NCBI GenBank assembly: GCA_023394875.1
Contig: JAEXAB010000003.1
Coordinates: 431,895 to 495,894, forward strand
DNA length: 64,000 bases
Direction of reading: 5' to 3'
Source of the DNA: Bacillota bacterium
GTDB lineage: Bacteria > Bacillota > Clostridia > Christensenellales > DTU072
The notes beneath the pieces were generated by a model. The model made no database searches. It saw nothing but the letters and a program-made list of their open reading frames with translations, and had not been told where the DNA came from. The number at the start of each line of letters is the position of its first letter. The stretch's first letter is position 1. This document shows, piece by piece, positions 11,590-21,400 of the stretch. Both the position numbers and the translations under genes were made by a program.

Positions 11590-13101
11590 GTGAGAGAAAA
11601 ACAAATCTCGCCTGAACTAAGGCGGCAAAAAACCTTTGCGATTATTTCCAAAATTGTTTCTGTATTTATCATCGTTGCCGTAGTTTTCGGCATTCTTGCG
11701 GTTTCTTTCGGTATTTATACCAACCAAACGAAAAAGAAAAAGGCGGTTATTATTCTGCCCGGACTTTTTGCAAGCGGACTTTATGATACCGCGACCGGGA
11801 AAGGCGTCTGGGACCCGTTTGAACATCTGGACGTATATTTTTCGGACTTTATTAACCATACCGGATTGCCCTTAGGTGTGATTTTGTCACTACTTAGCGA
11901 TAACGAACTGCAAAATCAATTAAATCATATCACCGCCAATAACAGTAGAGGCGACGGACTAAGCTTTCTTAGTCAGATGGGAATGAACGAAGACGGTACC
12001 CCCATGGTAAAAACCATTAAGCCTGTACCTTTTGACAGCGACAGCCGTTTGAAATACGGAGTAATAAACGCCCAAACCGATATGTACGCAGCCATGGAAG
12101 AAGCCTACGGCGATACTCACGAAGTCCAAGTCTATAACTATGACTTCAGATTGGATAACCGTGACAGCGCAGAACTTTTGGAACAATACATAAATTCCAA
12201 AGGATATAAAGAAGTTATTTTGGTTTCCCACAGCAACGGCGGAGCCGTTGCCGCTTGTTATCTTGCCAGAAGTCAAGCAAACCGCGATAAGGTAAAGCTA
12301 AATTTAAGTTTAGATACCCCATATTACGGCTCCTTTTCGGCAATTAATATTTTGGAAAACATCAACGGCATGATTGACGGACTTGTGGATACTTTAAGTA
12401 AAAACGCGGCTACCTCTGGTCTTGCCAATATTATTTCCACCGCTTTTGAACATCAGTTTAAGCCCCTTGTCAATATGTGGGCGGTTTATCAGCTGCTCCC
12501 GTCTTACGGCTTACTGACAACCCAACACTATTATTATAAATGGAATGAAGAGGTAAAAGGGCTTTCGGGTAATATTACTTACAAAACCGGCGAAATCCAA
12601 AAATCCTTTATAAATATCGATGGAGAAGACGTTTTCTTTGAAGATGCAGAAGAGTTATGGGACTTTTACTGCAGCCGTCCATGGGCAAAAACCTCCACAG
12701 GAGAATTACGAATACAGCTTAAACAATGGCTTGATTTTCAAGAGGCTATGATGGTTACCCTTCCCGACGGTACCAAAGTTCACTCTACGTCTTTGGTTAA
12801 CTCCCAATACTTTTCGGGTATGGGGTATAGAAACGTATCAAAAGTCTATTATGTAACCGACGAATTTGGAGACCTTGTCCAGGACCGCGATAATTTTGAA
12901 TACACAGAACAAGGTGACGGAACGGTTTTGTTATTCTCTGCAACTGCAGGAACTACCGACAGCGAAAGAATACATATCGTGCCTTACGCTAATCACTACG
13001 ATATGGCGCAACGCTTCAACGAATTCAGTAAAGATGCGGTAATGAAAGTAATTTCCGAAAGTATAGATAACTGGGATCATACGTTAAACAAAATTTTATA
13101 A
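11590..13101 (+). CDS. Membrane-anchored LCAT-like (lecithin:cholesterol acyltransferase family) lipase/acyltransferase
   Basis: 503 aa. GTG start with SD GAGGGAG. N-terminal TM helix. Motifs ILPGLFASGL, YDFRLDN and the nucleophile elbow SHSNGG. Paralogous to 45483-46805. Confidence 0.7.
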   Translation: MREKQISPELRRQKTFAIISKIVSVFIIVAVVFGILAVSFGIYTNQTKKKKAVIILPGLFASGLYDTATGKGVWDPFEHLDVYFSDFINHTGLPLGVILSLLSDNELQNQLNHITANNSRGDGLSFLSQMGMNEDGTPMVKTIKPVPFDSDSRLKYGVINAQTDMYAAMEEAYGDTHEVQVYNYDFRLDNRDSAELLEQYINSKGYKEVILVSHSNGGAVAACYLARSQANRDKVKLNLSLDTPYYGSFSAINILENINGMIDGLVDTLSKNAATSGLANIISTAFEHQFKPLVNMWAVYQLLPSYGLLTTQHYYYKWNEEVKGLSGNITYKTGEIQKSFINIDGEDVFFEDAEELWDFYCSRPWAKTSTGELRIQLKQWLDFQEAMMVTLPDGTKVHSTSLVNSQYFSGMGYRNVSKVYYVTDEFGDLVQDRDNFEYTEQGDGTVLLFSATAGTTDSERIHIVPYANHYDMAQRFNEFSKDAVMKVISESIDNWDHTLNKIL

Positions 13102-13111
13102 CAAAAAAATA

Positions 13112-13136
13112 ACGGCTGCGGATAACCCGCAGCCGT
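13112..13136. terminator. Bidirectional intrinsic terminator between convergent genes
   Basis: ACGGCTGCGG (13112-13121) pairs with CCGCAGCCGT (13127-13136). An A tract lies on the left and a T-containing tract on the right. Confidence 0.8.
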
Positions 13137-13143
13137 CTTACTT

Positions 13144-14616
13144 TTATTCAACTATTCTTGATTTCGGCTTCTTATTAAAATGCCATATAACAAAGCCTAC
13201 GGCGCCTCCGACAATCAGCGCAAGGGCTCCAATTATTATTCCCAAAACTACCCAATTGTCGCGCTCTCCGAATGCCTTTATTCTTTCCCACATCTCAACG
13301 ATTTTTTCGTTTTCATCTCCGAAATCGTTCATCATACCTAGGTTAGCTTCAAAGTCGGGATAACGGCGGGTATCTTCAAAGAACTCTTCGTAGAACTCTT
13401 CTACAGCCAAAAGATAGTCTTCTTCGGTATCAAAGTCTTCCAAATAAATCTCATAGCAGTCAAGCAAGGCTGCTCTAGCTTCCAAACTGTATTCATAATT
13501 AATATCGTTTTCGTCCTCAATAAAATAACTGCTGTTATCAACCGCCGCGGAGTAACCTATCTCCAAAGTGTTATACATAGCGATATCGGGGCGGCAAAGG
13601 TAATTCATAAATAAGTATGCGGCATCCTTATTTTTTGCGTTTTTCGGCATAACCCAGCCGTCAAACCAAATGTTGCTGCCTACGCTAGGTACATAATAAT
13701 CAAGATAAGAGTTTCCGTCCTCGTCCATAGCTTCTTCTATAGCATACATAGCATCTCCGCTCCAGGCAAGGTCGACAAGGGCGATTTCGTTAACCATATC
13801 GTCTTTACCGAAGTCTACTTCATAGCCTTTTAGATATTGTCTTTGGTCTTTTAATACCTCTTCTACAAGATTGACCATCTCATCATCGGTACAGTTAATG
13901 AGTTCTTCTACCGTCAAGTCCGCATATTCTTCGGGCAACAATTCGTATGCATAAAGATACATTACCGCAGCGGCATAGGTGTCTCTTATGGAATCCTTTA
14001 TTAGGATTTTATTTTGAATGTCAGTATTACCCAAACTGTTCCAGAAGATTCCCCAGCCCTCTGCCTCCACTTCTTCGGCGGAAATATAATTGGTGTTATA
14101 CAAAACTCCCAATGTTCCGTACATATAGGGTAGGAAATAATCGGACATATTGACAGTTTCTCCGTTTTTGGTTTCTATATCAACGAAAACTTCATTGATT
14201 TTATCCAAAATGTTGGCATTAATGTTACCGATATAGCTATCCACACCGTAATCGTCTAAGATACTCCAGTCCAGTCTATCAAGGGCGTTATTGCGGAGCA
14301 GTCTTTCGATAGCGTATTCCGATGGGCAAATAAGGTCAATATTGCTGTCGCCTTTTATTATTTCGGTAATCATCGTTTCGTTAGTGTCGAAGTTACTGTA
14401 CACTATTTTTATAGTTCTGCCCGTTACTTCCTCATAATATTCGGCAAAGCTGTCAAGAACTGTAAGGTCAATATAGTCCGCCCAGTTGTAAATAATCAGT
14501 TCGTCATCATATTTTTGAGTAATTAACGGAGGTATAAGGAAGGCAAGTAACGATGCAATAACTATTACTGCCACAAGCACAATGGATATTGTCTTTTCGG
14601 CTTTATCGCGCTTCAT
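13144..14616 (-). CDS. potD: Spermidine/putrescine ABC substrate-binding protein with TM helices at both termini
   Basis: 490 aa. PotD/PotF-like core (IYNWADYI...). N-terminal TM anchor without a lipobox Cys. Acidic insert. C-terminal TM helix (VVLGIIIGALALIVGGAVGFVIW) followed by a basic tail. Confidence 0.8.
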   Translation of the reverse strand: MKRDKAEKTISIVLVAVIVIASLLAFLIPPLITQKYDDELIIYNWADYIDLTVLDSFAEYYEEVTGRTIKIVYSNFDTNETMITEIIKGDSNIDLICPSEYAIERLLRNNALDRLDWSILDDYGVDSYIGNINANILDKINEVFVDIETKNGETVNMSDYFLPYMYGTLGVLYNTNYISAEEVEAEGWGIFWNSLGNTDIQNKILIKDSIRDTYAAAVMYLYAYELLPEEYADLTVEELINCTDDEMVNLVEEVLKDQRQYLKGYEVDFGKDDMVNEIALVDLAWSGDAMYAIEEAMDEDGNSYLDYYVPSVGSNIWFDGWVMPKNAKNKDAAYLFMNYLCRPDIAMYNTLEIGYSAAVDNSSYFIEDENDINYEYSLEARAALLDCYEIYLEDFDTEEDYLLAVEEFYEEFFEDTRRYPDFEANLGMMNDFGDENEKIVEMWERIKAFGERDNWVVLGIIIGALALIVGGAVGFVIWHFNKKPKSRIVE

Positions 14617-15430
14617 TGTTCTTAACCTCCTTGTTATGATTTTTTTCGTCCAATGCTTTTTTAAGATTGATTAACAACACAATTGCAAGCACCGCCACGA
14701 ATATTATACTGAATATCGCAAACCAGAAGGGAGAAAGTCCTTTTAGTCTTGCATCTTCGTAAATATACGTTGATAAGGTGTTGATACCCGTTGCCGCGCC
14801 CTTGTTTATCTGGGTAATAATAAAGTCGTCCATCGACAAGGTAAAACTCAATACAAAACCGCTTATTATCCCGGGAATCAACATAGGGAACATAACTTTT
14901 ACTAAGGCTTGCGTGGGGCTTGCGCCTAAGTCTAACGCCGCCTCATAGATATTGGGGTCCATTTGTTGAAGTTTTGGCATAACGCTTAATACCACGTAAG
15001 GGGTGCAAAACGCAATATGACCGATTATTATGCGGATATAACCTGCGGGGAACTTGAACGTCACAAAGAACAGCATTAAGCTAACCGCCATTACTATTTC
15101 CGAATTGATTATGGGCAGTTGGTTTACGTTTTCCACTATTCTGCGTGAACGCTTGGACAAACTGAATATTCCTACCGCCGCTACGCTTCCTAACACTGTA
15201 GCTATTACAGAAGAAATTATGGCTATAAGGAAGGTGTTTTTTAAGGCTTCCAACAATTCGGGAGTTTTGCTTGATGTAAATATCGATTTATACGCTTCCA
15301 AACTGAAACCTTCGTCAAAGCTGAACGTGGCGCTGTTGGAAAAAGAATATATGATAATAAGCACAATAGGAGCGTATAACAGGGCAATTATTATTGCTAA
15401 ATAGCTTTTTTCTAAAATTTTTCTTACCAT
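14603..15430 (-). CDS. potC: Spermidine/putrescine ABC permease
   Basis: 275 aa, 6 TM helices, EAA loop EAALDLGASP. Overlaps both neighbouring genes. Confidence 0.88.
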   Translation of the reverse strand: MVRKILEKSYLAIIIALLYAPIVLIIIYSFSNSATFSFDEGFSLEAYKSIFTSSKTPELLEALKNTFLIAIISSVIATVLGSVAAVGIFSLSKRSRRIVENVNQLPIINSEIVMAVSLMLFFVTFKFPAGYIRIIIGHIAFCTPYVVLSVMPKLQQMDPNIYEAALDLGASPTQALVKVMFPMLIPGIISGFVLSFTLSMDDFIITQINKGAATGINTLSTYIYEDARLKGLSPFWFAIFSIIFVAVLAIVLLINLKKALDEKNHNKEVKNNEAR

Positions 15431-16245
15431 AAGTTCCTCCCGATATTTTCTCCTTTGTTTACTTTGGACATTACCGTATTGCTGATTAGTACAAGAATAA
15501 TCATAATAAGGCTCATTACGCTACCTACACCGTACATATTGTTACTGAACTTGGTCTGAATAGAGTCACCGAATAGGAATATGGTGTAGTCACTTAAAAA
15601 CTGGCTTATTGCAAAGGTAGAAATGGTAGGTATAAATACCATCGTCATTCCGCTAATTATCCCCGGTATCGACAAGGGAAGAACTGTCTTTACAAACACA
15701 GTCAATCTGTCGGCTCCTAGGTCTCTTGCCGCTTCCATATAGCTCTTGTCAAGACTGCTAATCGTGGTATGAAGGGGCAGTATCATAAAGGGTAAGAAGT
15801 TATAAACCATACCGAAAAGCACGGTGCCCATACCAAGGGAAATATCCAACGCCACAAAAATAGCTTTGGTAGCCAACGTTCTTATAAGGAAGTTAACCCA
15901 CATGGGAAGAACGAATAACAAAACCAATACTCTCCCCGAACGGTATTTACTAAGAATATAAGCTACTGGATAGCCAAGGATAAGGCAAAGGGTTGTGGTA
16001 ACTACTCCGACAAGCAGGGAAGTTAGTAGTACCTTTATGCTGGCTCCGTCGGCAAACAGCGCGACAAAGTTGTGGACGGTCAAATTGTTCTGCGCGTCTA
16101 AAAAGGCATAGACAAGTACAAGCACAAGGGGAATAACCACAAACAGTACCAGAAACAAAATATACGGATAGGAAAAAACTTTTCTCGTCATACGAAAGTT
16201 TTTATAGCTCTTTCCTATGTTTTTTAATCTGACTTTTTTATTCAT
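15424..16245 (-). CDS. potB: Spermidine/putrescine ABC permease
   Basis: EAA loop EAARDLGADR. Start revised to the ATG at 16245 (MNKKVRL...), 1 nt after the potA stop and preceded by GAGGTGGAAGG. The ORF-track start at 16266 is a TTG inside potA. Confidence 0.85.
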   Translation of the reverse strand: MNKKVRLKNIGKSYKNFRMTRKVFSYPYILFLVLFVVIPLVLVLVYAFLDAQNNLTVHNFVALFADGASIKVLLTSLLVGVVTTTLCLILGYPVAYILSKYRSGRVLVLLFVLPMWVNFLIRTLATKAIFVALDISLGMGTVLFGMVYNFLPFMILPLHTTISSLDKSYMEAARDLGADRLTVFVKTVLPLSIPGIISGMTMVFIPTISTFAISQFLSDYTIFLFGDSIQTKFSNNMYGVGSVMSLIMIILVLISNTVMSKVNKGENIGRNLW

Positions 16246-16246
16246 C

Positions 16247-17719
16247 TTAACCTTCCACCTCAACAATTTCTTCGACTATTATTTTGTCTTTAGCAACGCT
16301 AAGTCCTACGCGGTCGCCTTTCAACCAATCGTCGTCGGTATCTACAAAGAAATCGTAATAATTGTCGGTACGCACTACGCATTGATAGTAGCTTCCCTTG
16401 TAGATGGAAGAAACAACGGTACCGCTTATTATTCCGTCGGCTTCGTCGTCAAGTATTTCTATATCGTCAAAGTCGATTTTTACTTTTACTTTGGTTCCGG
16501 AGGGTTTGTCAAAGTTGCATTCGAATTTTCCGCCGAATATTTCCACAACGTTGTTATCCCACATCTCCGTCACTATTTCGTTTATTATACGACTCTTGTG
16601 CATAATATGGAGGTCGTTGGGTTTGATAAACAAGCCTATCGTTTCGTCGGTTTCGCATTCCACATTGTCGTGAATTAAGATTTCGTTGCCCTCTTCGCCC
16701 TCAATAATAGCAAAGGTCTGATAGTGATCGCCCTTGAATACGCAGGAGGTTACTTTGGCTTTTACCATAGCTTTGCTGAGCATATTTTCGTCGCCCTTTA
16801 GTACATAAATGTCTTCGGGACGGACGATAACGTCAATGGGTTCGTTCTTTTTGAAGCCCTTGTCAACGCAGGCAAAAGTGTGTTCACAGAAGAGAACTTT
16901 CTCATCTTCAAGCATAATTCCGCTGAAAATATTGCTCTCTCCGATAAAGTCGGCTACAAAAGCGTTGGCAGGCTCGTCATAGACCTTTTCCGGAGTGCCT
17001 ATCTGCTGAATTTCTCCGTTACGCATTATTATTATGGTGTCGCTCATAGTAAGGGCTTCTTCCTGGTCGTGAGTAACGTAAACGAAAGTTATTCCTAACT
17101 TTTTGTGCATACTCATAAGCTCGATTTGCATATCCTTACGCATTTTTAGGTCCAAGGCTCCCAAAGGTTCGTCTAGAAGTAGAACTTCGGGTTCGTTTAC
17201 TATGGCTCTGGCTATGGCAACTCTCTGTTGTTGTCCGCCGCTTAGGCTGTTTACATTGCGGTAGCCGTAGTCTTCAAGATCTACAAGCTTAAGAACACCG
17301 TTTACTTTCTCTTCTATTTCGGCTTTGGTGTATTTACGCATTTTTTCCATTTTATTGCCGTGTTTATCGGTATAAAACTCTCCCGTGGGAACGGCTTTTA
17401 ACTTCAAACCAAAGGCTATATTGTTATATACGTTTAAGTGAGGGAACAGAGCGTATTTTTGAAAAATGGTATTGATATGGCGTTTATGGGGAGGTATATT
17501 CGTCAAATCCTCTCCGTTAAATAAAATCTGCCCGTCTGTAGGCATCTCAAAACCCGCCAACATACGGAGCATTGTGGTTTTTCCGCAGCCTGACGGCCCC
17601 AGAAAAGTAACAAATTCACCTCTTTTGATAGTAAAGCTAACATTATTGACTGCAGGTTTGCTGCCGTCAAAAACCTTACTGACCTTTTTTACTTCGATAA
17701 TCTTGTCTAGTCCTGCCAT
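16247..17719 (-). CDS. potA: Spermidine/putrescine ABC ATPase, elongated form
   Basis: 490 aa. Walker A GPSGCGKTT, signature LSGGQQQR, Walker B LLLDEP. An insert of about 18 aa lies after the Q-loop region. The C-terminal region is long enough for two TOBE-like domains. Confidence 0.9.
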   Translation of the reverse strand: MAGLDKIIEVKKVSKVFDGSKPAVNNVSFTIKRGEFVTFLGPSGCGKTTMLRMLAGFEMPTDGQILFNGEDLTNIPPHKRHINTIFQKYALFPHLNVYNNIAFGLKLKAVPTGEFYTDKHGNKMEKMRKYTKAEIEEKVNGVLKLVDLEDYGYRNVNSLSGGQQQRVAIARAIVNEPEVLLLDEPLGALDLKMRKDMQIELMSMHKKLGITFVYVTHDQEEALTMSDTIIIMRNGEIQQIGTPEKVYDEPANAFVADFIGESNIFSGIMLEDEKVLFCEHTFACVDKGFKKNEPIDVIVRPEDIYVLKGDENMLSKAMVKAKVTSCVFKGDHYQTFAIIEGEEGNEILIHDNVECETDETIGLFIKPNDLHIMHKSRIINEIVTEMWDNNVVEIFGGKFECNFDKPSGTKVKVKIDFDDIEILDDEADGIISGTVVSSIYKGSYYQCVVRTDNYYDFFVDTDDDWLKGDRVGLSVAKDKIIVEEIVEVEG

Positions 17720-17746
17720 TTTTTCATCCTTTACAAATTTATTTTT

Positions 17747-18286
17747 TTAGAAATTGCTGGGTGTGGTTACCCAGAGTATTTTGCTTTGACCTTTATTGAC
17801 GTTCTTTATATAGTGTTCGTATTTTCCGTCAATATAAAAAGCCTCTCCCTTTTTTGCGTTGGAAACGTATTTTCCCTGCTGATAAACAATGGCAACTTTT
17901 CCTTCCAGACAATAGCCGAATTCCTCTCCCTCAAAAGGAGTGCGGATTTCGCTCTGCCCCTCTTCGGGCAGAATAAGAATAATAGGCTCCATTTCGTTCT
18001 TCTGACTGTTGGGAATAAGCCAGATATTTTTGCCGTCGCCGTTTGCCGACTCAAAATAATCGTTCTTGCCAAAAACAATCTGTTCTTTCTTGTTTTCTGT
18101 GAAAAATTCCTGCAGAGTAACCCCGAGGATATTGAGTATGTCCACAAGAGTTGCTATCGAAGGACTGGCAAGATCGTTTTCCAATTGGCTGATATAACCT
18201 TTTGTAAGTTCGCAGCGGAGCGCAACCTCTTCTTGGGTCAGCCCTCTCTGCAGTCTTATAGCCTTTATTTTTGCTCCTATATCCAT
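17747..18286 (-). CDS. XRE-family HTH regulator with C-terminal cupin domain (PuuR-like)
   Basis: 179 aa. HTH segment RGLTQEEVALRCELTKGYISQLEN. Cupin-like C-terminus. First gene of the pot operon. Confidence 0.85.
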   Translation of the reverse strand: MDIGAKIKAIRLQRGLTQEEVALRCELTKGYISQLENDLASPSIATLVDILNILGVTLQEFFTENKKEQIVFGKNDYFESANGDGKNIWLIPNSQKNEMEPIILILPEEGQSEIRTPFEGEEFGYCLEGKVAIVYQQGKYVSNAKKGEAFYIDGKYEHYIKNVNKGQSKILWVTTPSNF

Positions 18287-18357
18287 TTATTTCTCCTCAC
18301 TGCGGTTTAGTTAAAACAATTATTAAGGTTAATATTACTAAACTAAACGCAAAAACA

Positions 18358-18386
18358 ATTATATAAAAACACTTTACTGATGTCAA
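18358..18386 (-). promoter_or_regulatory. Consensus sigma-A type promoter for the regulator-potABCD operon
   Basis: On the minus strand: TTGACA (18386-18381), 17-nt spacer, TATAAT (18363-18358). Confidence 0.55.
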
Positions 18387-18420
18387 ACATTTTAATTAAT
18401 ATTATTAAACTTTTTTTAAC

Positions 18421-18451
18421 AAAAAAACCGACGGGCTTCCGTCGGTTTTTT
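18421..18451. terminator. Intrinsic terminator downstream of the giant LRR gene
   Basis: CCGACGG (18428-18434) pairs with CCGTCGG (18439-18445) around loop GCTT. It is flanked by an A7 run and a T6 run, so it could work in both directions. Confidence 0.85.
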
Positions 18452-18468
18452 CCTAATTAAAATTTGAT

Positions 18469-21400
18469 TTATTGGGCTTTCAATAATGTATAATCGAAGT
18501 CTAAGATTAGTAGCGTATAATTGGTTCCGCCCTGCTCGTATTTCTGATAAGCGAACGTTCCCAGGTCTTTGTTCAATCTTACATCGTCTGCGCTGGGCGT
18601 CTTTAGCACTTCGCCTGTGGAAGGATCTGTTTCGGGTAAGAAAGTATCGGGATTCAGACTTATTGTGCTTAATGTTATGTATTGCCAGGTAACATAGTTT
18701 GTAGCGCCCCACATAAAGCTAGGATTAATAATAATGTCGGCAGATATCTCTGGCGAATAGACGGTTTCTGTTACGCCGCCGGCTCCTGTGGTTTGTCTAG
18801 AGTACGTAACAACAGGCAGTTCGCCACGCTCAAAGATTTGGAAGCTGTAGCTTGTCCAAGCTCTCTGATAACTTCTCTTTACGTTATAGTTCAAGCTGTT
18901 ATTTACATAAATACGGAGCTTGAAATAAGCGTTAGCAGTAGCGGTATTTCTGGTAAAGGCATTGGAAGACAGAGCCGCAGGCGTTGAACTATAGATAGAA
19001 ATCTTTGCTAATCTTACACAACCTAAGAATACGTATGATTCAATAGTCTTGACGTTGTAATTTAGTTCTATTCCGTACATTCCGGAGCAGTTTTCGAAAG
19101 CATTTGCTTTTATGGTTTCCAGTCTGTTAGGCAATACTACGGTAATAAGGGACGGCGCGTTGAGATTTAATCTGCTTCCTAACAAAATACAGTTATAGAA
19201 TGCTCTTTCTGCAATAACTTTTAATTTGCTTTCGCTGATATTAAACTTAACTTCCAATAAGGCTTTACAGTTATAGAAAGTTTCTTGATTAATAATGGTT
19301 ACTTCATTAGGTATGGAAATTGTACTCAGTTGTTCGCAGTTGTAGAATACGCCCGAACCTAAGGTATGAAGCTTGCTGTACGTATCGATTCTTACCTCAA
19401 TGTTGCCGTTAACTTCCTGTGTAGTCATATAATCGAAAGTAACAGTCTTTAACTTTTTGCAGTTTAAGAACACTTCGTTACCAAGTACGGTTACGTAAGG
19501 CGGTATTTCTATTGACGTTAGGTTGTTGCAGTTACTAAACGCTTTGTCGCCGATAGTTACAGCTACAAAAGAGTTGTTGTTCTTTATTTGAGTTATCTTC
19601 TGTGTGTTGAGTATAAAGACAATCTTAGTTAAAGAGATGTTGTTTGCAAAAGCGTTCTTGCCGATGCTCTCAACCGACGCGGGGATTTTTGCCTCGCCGA
19701 CTACGCTAGAATTTATTGTGCTCAATCTGTCGCAACCATAGAAAGCGTTATCACCGATAGTTTTAAGGGTGCTAGGCAGGGTAAGGGAAATAAGCTGACT
19801 GCTTTCGAAAGCTTTGTTGCTTATAGCCACAATTCCTTCGGGCACAACAATGTTTGACGCCGTGCTTACGCATTTAATCAACACTTTACCCAAAATAAGC
19901 ATATTGGAGTTATCGTTTACGTAGAAATCAGTCTCGCTGAACACGCTGTCGGCTATATATATAAGGTTATTACCCGCTTCTATATTGGTAGTAATATTGA
20001 TATCCTTAAAGGCCAAAGTGTTTATCCTTTCTAGGTTTACCGGTAACTTGACGCTGACAAACTCCATAAATACGGTGTTGCTTTCGCTCCTGCTGTTATA
20101 GTTAAGGTTGCTTGCCAAAGACCTTATGGTAAAGCCTTTTATACTATCGGGTATAGCCAATCTGTTGGTCATTGCAATCTGGCGGTACTCAAGTAGCATA
20201 TTGCCTGCGCTGTAGAATACGCCCACTATTGCCGAAGCTTGCACGTATTCTTCTTTCGCGGCCGCTGTTTCGTACCAAGCGGTGTTGTTAAAGGAAGTGC
20301 TGTCGGCGTCTATAAGATTAATGCTTGTGCCGAATACTATTTGGTTAAGGCTGTTGTTAAAGGCGTGGTAACCTATCTTAGTAATGGTGTTAGCTATGGT
20401 TACCTTATTAAGTCCGCTGTTAATAAAGGCATAATCGAATATTTCGGTAACGCCGTTGGGAATAACAAACTCAGTAGCCTTAGTCTTGTTTTCTCCGTTT
20501 ACAACAAATCTGGCTACGTAGGCTACTATGCTCTTAAGAACGTTTGTACTGCCTACTTTCTCATAGAAATAAACCACACCGTCAGACACCATAAAGGTAG
20601 CTTCCACGTTATCGCTGCTAAGTAGTACCAATTCTTCCAAATTGGGGAAGAAACGGAAGATATTGTTGGTCATTCCGTTAAAGTTGCTGGCGTTGGTAAG
20701 AATTAACTTCTTAACGTTTACTGCGTTGGAAGCTAAATTAATGGAAGTAACTTTCCTGCCGTTTACTGTTGCGGGAATATATAACTCTTGTACAGCCGTT
20801 TCCACTCCGGTAACAGTGTAAACTGCTTTTAACGAATCATAGGTAAAGGATAGGTTTGCATCGCTGTTTACGTTGGGTATATCGTTCTGATACCACTTGG
20901 CATAAAGCTGTATAGAAGAAAAAACTTTATAAGGAAGAACAAGTTTTTGATTCTTGAGTGCATCTGTATACCAGCCTACAAAGGTGTTACCTGTCTTAGC
21001 CGGGGTGCCGATACTCTCTATTACTTCGGACTTGAAGGACTGCATATAATATCCTTGGTCGGTTTCGAAAGTAACTTCGGGATAATCTCCGTCCATAAAC
21101 AGAGTGAAGGATGTACCCCATCTAGACCAAGCGTTAACTTGTCTCTCTAAATCGGTTTCGTTCGGGTTGGAGTTATCAATATAGCGGTAAGCTTCACTGT
21201 TCATATAAATTCTTATCGCTTTGCCTGTGCTCTCACGTTCAAACAAACCATTCATTTTCTCACGGTAATTGGTAAAACTATAACTAGTAAGTAAGCTTAC
21301 TATGTATTCAGCCAGAGCGTTTATTTGCGCTTCGCTGGATGTCCACTCTACTTTATACAGTTCGTTACAGTTATAGAATGCCTGTTCTCCTATTTCAACT

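Noticed and set aside
16217-18310. Plus-strand ORFs of 153 aa (16217-16678), 94 aa (17466-17750) and 174 aa (17786-18310) antisense to potB/potA and the XRE regulator.
   Set aside because: They overlap well-supported conserved genes completely, lack ribosome-binding sites, and have implausible composition. They are antisense artefacts.
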